64,000 nt of DNA. Origin: Octopus vulgaris. Taxonomy: Eukaryota. The stretch covers positions 3,162,001 through 3,226,000 of the forward strand of contig OX597816.1 of the NCBI GenBank assembly GCA_951406725.2. Direction: 5' to 3'. Below the pieces are notes generated by a model. The model searched no databases and was not told the origin of the DNA. It worked only from the letters and a program-made list of their open reading frames with translations. Each line of letters begins with the position of its first letter. Position 1 is the stretch's first letter. Positions 56,170 through 64,000 of the stretch are shown in pieces. The position numbers and the translations under genes were made by a program.

Positions 56170-56877
56170 CTAGCTGAAGTACCCAGTAAAAAAATTGTCG
56201 TTAATAAGATGTCTATTTATAGCCATAAAACCTTTTTTCGTCAAATTTCGACATTTTTCAAAAAAATAAAATCTATATTAACAGGTAGGACCAATTTGAA
56301 GAAAAAATGAGCTGAGTCTGGGAGCGAACCCGTGTTGTCGTCATTTTTGTGCATGTGCGTAAAATGGCGAAATTTTACGCTTTGGGGCAGATTTCGTCAA
56401 ATTGATGTCACGACCGCTGGTGCGCAAAATGCCTACATTTTGCTTGAGAAATAAAATGGACTTTCCTAATCAAAACCTGAAATGCTGGAGAATTAAAACA
56501 ACGAATTGAAATAATAAGTTTTAGCAAATCAAGACAATTCGCTTTGAAATGAAGAATTAGCAAATGCTAAATAGACTACTATTAATAAGCTGTCTGTTTA
56601 TACATATGAAACAATTTTCGTAAAATTTCGGCATTTTTCGTCAAATTGATGTCACGATGGCTAGTTCGAAAAATGCCGAAATTTTACGATTTTTGAAAAA
56701 GCGATGCTGATTAAAAATCGATTTTTTTAGAATTCCAAGTGCGTAAGTGACCGCATTGGCATAAGCCCCCACCCCACCCCACACACGTGTCAAGTTTCAT
56801 CAAGGTCTGTTGGATAGTCTCGGAGGAGTTAAAGTAACAAATTCACAAACTCACAAACTTTCCGTTTATTAATATAA
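56170..56877 (-). mobile_element. Helitron-like non-autonomous element with internal subrepeats
   Basis: 5' TATATTAATAAACGGAAAGTTTGTGAG; 3' GGTACTTCAGCTAG|T; a second CTAG terminus at 56058. Confidence 0.6.
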
Positions 56878-56944
56878 ATAAACTATGAATATATTTCATT
56901 CCTTGTAAACTGTAAATTTTCCCCGTCTCAAGTTTTCATTCCTC

Positions 56945-57021
56945 GTCTCTGATGACAGAATCTCCTGTGCGTGGATAGGCTAACCATTCAGTTGGGCTAT
57001 ACCAGAAACAGCTGTTAAGAC
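56945..57021 (+). ncRNA. Hammerhead-like motif
   Basis: GTCT CTGATGA CAG..ACCA GAAAC AGCT GTT A AGAC; stem II degraded. Confidence 0.55.
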
Positions 57022-57278
57022 TTCAAATTCACCTTACCCTAATTAAATTATTCTAAATGACTTGAGATATTCGTTCTGCATTGGTTTGGGTTTTTCCTCT
57101 AATATAATGTATACTTGCTATAACGGAACCCTAATACGGATCCTTAAATCCAGCTTCAGCTGTGATCATGGAACCTAGCAGACGACCAGCTATATAGCAC
57201 TTACTCAGCAACGTACCTATTCGCTTAGATTACCAGTGAACTAAACCCCCTCATATTCTTTAAACACACACACACACA

Positions 57279-57329
<51 letters not shown>

Positions 57330-58424
57330 GTATGATATGTATGTATGTATAATGCATAAATATACGCATACATACATGCAAACATTTATATACATAGTTG
57401 TGTGGTTAAAAATTTCGCCTGGGAACCACAGAGTTTCGGTTTTTCGTGCCAAGGTGCAGTATCTTGGGTTAGTTTCTTCAAATATAATCCTAGCCGGACC
57501 AGTGGCTTATCAGTGGATTTACCAGGCGGAAACTGTGCGGAAGCCTCCCGTGTATTAGTGTGTGAATAATAGAGGTGCGCTCTATTCCGTTATGAATTAA
57601 TGTGGCTGGATTCTGATTTTCGAGGAATTCTTTCTTCTTGAAAACGTTTCTCCTGAGTTTCGAAACTGGAGACAATTCTGCTGATTCTTCATATCACTCA
57701 AATGGTTTATCTGTTCTTGGATGTTTGTGAATGAGAAGAAATAAATCACAAATGTTTTAAGTCTCAAATCTTATTTCAAGCTACAAAAATAGTTTTTGAT
57801 GCCGGTTTCAATATTTGTGTTTCCTTTTAAGTCTTTAAAGTTATTGCTGTATTTCGGGACGGTCATATTTTTTGCCAAATAAATACACGCACTGTAAATT
57901 TTTTCTTCGCTCGTTTATTGCTGTTCTTATATTATTATTTTAACGCCTGTCCATTGTCCGGAAATCTTTCGTCACACATCTGTGACCTTTTCAGCGACAC
58001 TTTTCGTTTTCGTGTGTGTTCTTGCTCCACTTACTCCGTTCTGTTCTTCTAAGATGTGTATCCTTATGTACGCATGCCTCATTTCTGTCCTTGTTTGTGT
58101 GTTTGTGTGCGTGTAAGTGTATGCTTGTGTGCGTATCGTAGTTTTCAGCCTTCTCCTCAGCCCCATCCTCTCACTCCATTGTGCTGCTGCTGTTCTAAGA
58201 CCCCACGCAATGGTACATTTCCTCTATTCCTCTGTGTATGTGTGTTTGCCCACGGTGTGTTGCCTACTATATTTCCTTGTAAATTAAAATCTAGTGTTCA
58301 TGCTATTAAATTAATTTGAACTCAAGTCAATCGATACTCTATGCACAGGATAAAGCTGTTTTCCAAGTATCGGTTCTAGTTGGTCAATAGGTACCGACGA
58401 AATTTGTTAGATTGTTCATATGAT

Positions 58425-58921
58425 TGCTAAGTTACGGGGACGTTAACACACCAACATCGGTTTTCATACGTTGGTGGGGGACAAACACAGACACACAAAT
58501 ACATACACACAAACACACACACGCACGCGCACACACACACATATATATGGTAGGCTTCTTTTAGTTTCCGTCTACTAAATGCACTCACAAGGATTTGGTT
58601 ATCCCGAGGCTATAGAAGAAGACACTTTCCCAAGGTACCACACTGGGACTGAACCTGGAACCATGTGGCTGGGAAGCAAGCTTCTTACCACACAGCCACT
58701 CCTGTATGTATGTATGTATATATATATATACTCTCTTTTCTCTTTTACTTGTTTCAGTCATTTGACTGCGGCCATGCTGGAGCACCGCCTTTAGTCGAGC
58801 AAATCGACCCCGGGACTTATTCTTTGTAAGCCCAGTACTTATTCTATCGGTATATTTTGCTGATATGACGGGGACGTAAACACACCAGCATCGGTTGTCA
58901 AGCAATGCTATATAAACACAT

Positions 58922-58954
<33 letters not shown>

Positions 58955-59520
58955 AATATATACGACAGGCTTCTTTCAGTTTCCGTCTACCAAATCCACT
59001 CACAAGGCATTGGTCGGCCCGGGGCTATAGCAGAAGACACTTGCCCAAGATGCCACGCAGTGGGACTGAACCCGGAACCATGTGGTTGATTAGCAAGCTA
59101 CTTACCACACAGCCACTCCTGCGCCCTGATATATATATATTTATCATAATTTTATTATCCTCTTCCTTCTTTCAGTCACTGGATTGTGGCCATCCTGGAT
59201 CATCGCTTTGTAGGGTTTCAGTCGAATGAATCGACCCCAATACTTATTTTTAAACCTGGCACTTATTCTATCGTTCTCTTTTTGTCGAACCGCTTATTTA
59301 TGGACCGTAATCACCCCAACATCCATTCTCAAGCGGTGGTAGGGGCCAAATAGAAATACAAAGATAAGCATATAAGTAAGTACATACACACACATATAGG
59401 CGCAGGAGTGGCTGTATGGTAAGTAGCTTGCTTACCAACCACATAGTTCCGGACTCAGTCTCACTGTGTGGTACCTTGGGCAAGTGTTTTCTACTATAGC
59501 CTCGGGCCGACCAAAGCCTT
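58425..59520. mobile_element. Cluster of SINE family A copies: 58425-58703 (-), 58731-59124 (-), 59170-59350 (-), 59399-59520 (+)
   Basis: Family A motifs. Confidence 0.8.
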
Positions 59521-59546
59521 ACATAAATGATATATATATATGTATG

Positions 59547-59590
<44 letters not shown>

Positions 59591-59838
59591 CCTACGTTCG
59601 AAACGCGTAGATATAAAACAGGCCACAACTGACGAAGGGAATGTTCTTTATGTTGCCTGTCTCGTTTATCTATTTGTTTCTCTTGTTGTTCGAAGAAAAG
59701 TTCGTTTTCCATGTTCTCGTTTCTCATTTTGTTCACGTTTTTTCAACGCCCTGTACCCATATATGCATGTATATATAGTTAATCCAAACATGAAAACACA
59801 ACGCGAGGACGTGGAACAAGTATAGTGTTACTGGACGC

Positions 59839-59893
<55 letters not shown>

Positions 59894-59932
59894 ATAAAAA
59901 AAAGCGTTATATTGTCATCAAAGCGTTCGAAT

Positions 59933-60001
<69 letters not shown>

Positions 60002-60279
60002 TATATGTATATGAGTTATTGTATACAGATATAAGTTTATATATACGTATATATGTATATATGTTTATATACATATTTTCATATATATTTATAAATATAT
60101 ACATACGTACGTACAACACACATGTACACATACACACACGTATATGTGTATATATTTATGTAAGAGAAATATCCTGAGCTGGTCGTCAGTCATACTAGAA
60201 ATAACCGTCAGCACTTTATTAGACCCCTTGTCACTGTCGTAAAGACAAAAGAGATTAAAAAAAGGGTAAAAAGAAACGG

Positions 60280-60817
60280 TACTCCGTCGGTTACGACGAC
60301 GTGGATTCTAGTTGATCCGATCAACGGAACAGCCTCCCCGTGAAATTAACATGTAATTGGTTGAGCACTCTACTGACAAACATACCTATCTCTTTACTAG
60401 CCACAAGGGGCTAAACACAGAGAGGACAAACAAGGACAGACAAACGGATTAAGTCGATTATATCGACCCCAGTGCGTAACTAGTACTTATTTAATCGACT
60501 CCGAAAGGATGAAAAGCAAAGTCGACCTCGGCGGAATTTGAACTCAGAACGGTAGCGGCAGACGAAATACCGCTAAGCATTTCCCCCTCTACTGACAAAC
60601 ATACCTTTAATGTAGTTGCCCGGGAGATTCAGTATGACACACTGAATGTGGCAGTGAATGGCCCCTTGAATTACTGGTAGAATTCCTTCTTGCCAGCTAA
60701 ATGGACTGGAGCAACGTGACACAAAGCGCCTTGCTCGAAGACCCAAAGAAACACCAGCTATCGAACTGACGACCTTACCATCGTGAACCGGATTCTCTAA
60801 CCACTAAGCTACGCACC
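60280..60817 (-). mobile_element. tRNA-derived SINE family D, interrupted by a family B SINE (60388-60586, 20-bp TSD)
   Basis: Head GGTGCGTAGCTTAGTGG..AGTTCGAT; TSD CTCTACTGACAAACATACCT at 60368-60387 and 60587-60606. Confidence 0.75.
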
Positions 60818-61051
60818 TTCACAAACACAAAGGATAACGTAGTACTGGAAACAAAAACGGGAGGATCATTATCATGGCTGTCCCCGGGGCTAAAAAATAT
60901 CAATAACAATAACGTACCAGCTCGATCAACGTGGTTCGGTCCATGAACAAAATCCAGCGTTTGACCCAGATACACTTAGTCGTGATTATAGAGTCGGGCA
61001 TATACATGCCATTCACCCCCAAGGGTGACAATCTTCAGCTGCTATCACGAA

Positions 61052-61132
<81 letters not shown>

Positions 61133-61138
61133 TACATA

Positions 61139-61534
61139 GGTGCAGGAGTGGTTGTGTGGTAAGTAGATTGCTTACCAACCACATGGTTCCGGGTTCAGTT
61201 CCCACTGCATCGAACCTTGAGCAAGTGTCTTCTACTATAGCCTCGGGCCGGCCAAATCCTTGTGAGTGGATTTGGTCGACGGAAACTGAAAGAAGCCCGT
61301 CGTATATATGTATATATATATATGTGTGTGTGTGCGTGTTTGTGTGTCTGTGTTTGTCCCCCCAACATCGCTGGTGTGTTTACGTCCCCGTAACTTAGCG
61401 GTTCGGCAAAAGAGACCCTCTAGAATAAGTACAAGGCTTACAAAGAAGAAGTCCTGGGGGCAATTTGCTCGACTAATCACGGTGCTCCAGCATGGCCGCA
61501 GTCAAATGACTGAAACAAGTAAAAGAGTAAAAGA
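61139..61534 (+). mobile_element. SINE family A
   Basis: Family A head and tail. Confidence 0.85.
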
Positions 61535-61824
61535 GCATATATATATATATATATATATAGATAGATAGGTAGATAGATAGATAGGTAGATAGATAGATCG
61601 CTAGCCACTACACATTCTTTATTTTCTCTCCTTGTTTCTTTCTGTGTTCCTTTCTGTGGAAGAGCGTAGGCTCGAAACGTTACAGGCTTTTTCACTTCCC
61701 GAGCGTTAAACCAATACATCTTTCTATTGTCTACAACACCGCTCTTCGTCTTTTGTTTTTCTTTGTGAATTCTCCCTATATATATATATATATATATATA
61801 TTATATTTATTTATTTATTTATTT

Positions 61825-62190
61825 AGTCGTCTATATGTTTCAGCCTTGAGGCCGCGGCCATGCTTTGATTGGCCAATTCTATGGCATTTGAGTTTGGTGA
61901 AGGAGGTGAGTTCGATACCGCTGCCCTCTTTTGAGTTTCCTGCCTTGATATTGGTTCATCTGGGATCTTGGATAGCAAACGGTCAAGTTGAATCTTGAAA
62001 ACATCTACTCTCGCTCCATGGAGAACACTCAGATGTTTTGGCAAGGAGTTAAATAGCTGTGGGCCCTTGAATCCCGAGGTATTGCAGTACATGGTCCTCA
62101 CCTTAGTCGAGAGCTGGGACCTTTGGAACATAGTACAATGACGTCCATTTCGACTCTCAAATCCAAAGCCTGGTGTCAGCCTCTTCAGTA
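61825..62190 (-). mobile_element. CR1-group LINE 3' end
   Basis: SGFKGPQLFNSLPKHL..VDVFKIQLDRLLSKIPDEP; tail AGCATGGCCGCGGCC..GGCTGAAACA. Confidence 0.75.
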
Positions 62191-62402
62191 TATTTTTCTA
62201 TTATTATTATCGTTATCATTAATGATATGTTGCAGAACGAGATGAGTGACTCATGAACTCAGAGTTTCATGCGTTAGCACTTATGAAACTTTGATAACTG
62301 CTAACGCACGAAACTCAGGACCCTTGAGTCACTTTGTCGCTTCTTCTAAATATTAATAATAAAAATATATAAATATATATTTCAATATGAATAATTTATA
62401 GA

Positions 62403-62840
62403 AGGCAGCTAACTGGCAGAATCGGTAGCACGCCCAGTAAAGTGCTTCGTGGCACTTTACTCGTCCGACTTGAGGTTCTGAGTTCAAATTCCGCTGAGGA
62501 CGACTTTCAATCTTTGGTGGTCTATAAAATAAGTACCAGGTGAACCCTGCGGTCGATGCAATCGACTTCCTCCCCCCTTCCCCGAAACTGCTGGCTTTGT
62601 GCCAAAGTTTGAAACCAAGGTTTATCTAAGGCAGCGAGCTGGCTGAATCGTTAGCACACCAGAAAAATGCTTGGTGGCATTTCTTCTGACTTTATGTTCT
62701 GAGTTCAAATGCCGCCACGGACGACTTTGCCTTTTATCCTTTCGGAGTCGATAAATCAAGTACCAGTTGCGTACTGGGGTCGATCTAATCGACTTGCACT
62801 CTCCTTCACAATTGTTCGCCTTGTGCCAAAATTTGAAGCC
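62403..62840 (+). mobile_element. Two tandem SINE family B copies (tail type 2)
   Basis: Heads at 62403 and 62629; tails TTGTGCCAAA.TTTGAA. Confidence 0.8.
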
Positions 62841-62859
62841 AATATCTGTCTGTCTGTCG

Positions 62860-62942
<83 letters not shown>

Positions 62943-63034
62943 CGTCTATCTGTCTGTCGATCTGTCTGTCTGTTTGCCTGTGTATGTATCTTTGCGTCTA
63001 TCCAACCTGCTATGGGTATATATACATACATATA

Positions 63035-63737
63035 TTATGGCTGTCCCCTCGTTATCGAGTATGGCCATTGCACGAAGCTTAACTGTTACTGGTGCTGTGA
63101 TCGAATGTGACATTTTAGCCCAGCTAAAGATCTACAATGTCTTGTACAAAACTGGCAACTAAAACCTTTACTGGTAATAGCCGGCTGTAGTTGTAACTGG
63201 GCTTCATGTACCTTTGCATGTCGTTTAAGTCCTCCTGCCGAATTACACTCTCTTCCACATGCCCGACAGATATGATTAGTATGGTGTGTTACACCACCAC
63301 CAGTGGCCAGGTTGTCACTCATCTGTCTCGCTTTATGACTATGAAGATGACTCTTGAGTCCAGCTTTACTGAGGCAGGGTCTTGCACAGACACTGCATGT
63401 CAGCATCATAGGAAGACCCTTCCCATGTGGAAGTGTAACAGCGATACCCTTCCTGACATCCCTCCTTACTTTCTCATGTGCAACTCGAGATTTCTCAAAA
63501 GTGGCTGTCTCCTCATGCACAATCCTTCTCCACCTGCTACGATCAATAGCTATGCCTTCCCAAGTGTCAGGAGAGATGCAAGCATCTCTTAAGGAAGCCT
63601 TCAGCAAGTCCTCATACCTCTTTTTTGGTTTATGTGGAGGTCATTCACCTTTAGCTAACTCTCCATAAAAGAGTTGTTTTGGCATCCTTGAATCCTTCAT
63701 CCTGACCAGATGACCACTCCATCTGAGCCTTTCCTTT
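63035..63737 (-). mobile_element. RTE-clade LINE 3' end with three C-terminal C2H2 fingers
   Basis: RLRWSGHLVRMKDSRMPKQLFYGEL..DRSRWRRIV; CSVC..HLHSH, CRAC..HAKVH, CQFC..HIRSQH; RTE-type 3' hairpin CTCGATAACGAG. Confidence 0.88.
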
Positions 63738-64000
63738 AACACAAGAGCTTATATACATATATACATACATACAAACATACATACATACATGCATACACAC
63801 ACACACGCACACACACACACACATATATGTGTATGTCTCTCTCTATATATGTATATATGCGCATATATATATATATGTATATATATGTGTATATATATGT
63901 GTATATATATGTGTACATATATATATATATATATCTACCGACCGACCAGACCATCAGATGTTGTTACACATCGCTGGTCACAATGCGTTCGCATTGTTTT

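Noticed and set aside
63086-63607. Host C2H2 zinc-finger gene
   Set aside because: The fingers are continuous with an RTE ORF and an RTE 3' tail.

Overview
Eukaryotic, AT-rich, non-coding DNA made almost entirely of microsatellites and transposable elements. The repeat complement (very dense (TA)n/(TACA)n/(TAA)n arrays and several tRNA-derived SINE families) is typical of an octopus genome; that assignment is by recognition, not a database search. I found no host protein-coding exon, and most long ORFs in the track are microsatellite artefacts. Recognisable elements are: a young 5'-truncated R4/Dong-type RLE retrotransposon with an open RT-CCHC-RLE frame in a TAA array, plus more Dong relics; decayed mariner, Tc1 and hAT transposons; three Helitrons; RTE, CR1-group and L1/Tx1 LINE pieces; a Neptune-type Penelope GIY-YIG relic; and dozens of SINEs. 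The main hidden signal is about 15 type I hammerhead-ribozyme motifs (CUGANGA..GAAAC-palindrome-GUH), several with an intact core. They sit in short ORF-less Penelope-pLTR-like units embedded in (TA)n, often arranged as head-to-head foldbacks. Also notable are a TAA-targeted ~550-bp non-coding retroelement, a SINE that repeatedly joins ATACC sites (including its own), an RTE ORF ending in three C2H2 fingers, and a CRE/E-box/YY1 motif cluster. Coordinates were counted by eye and may be off by a few bases.
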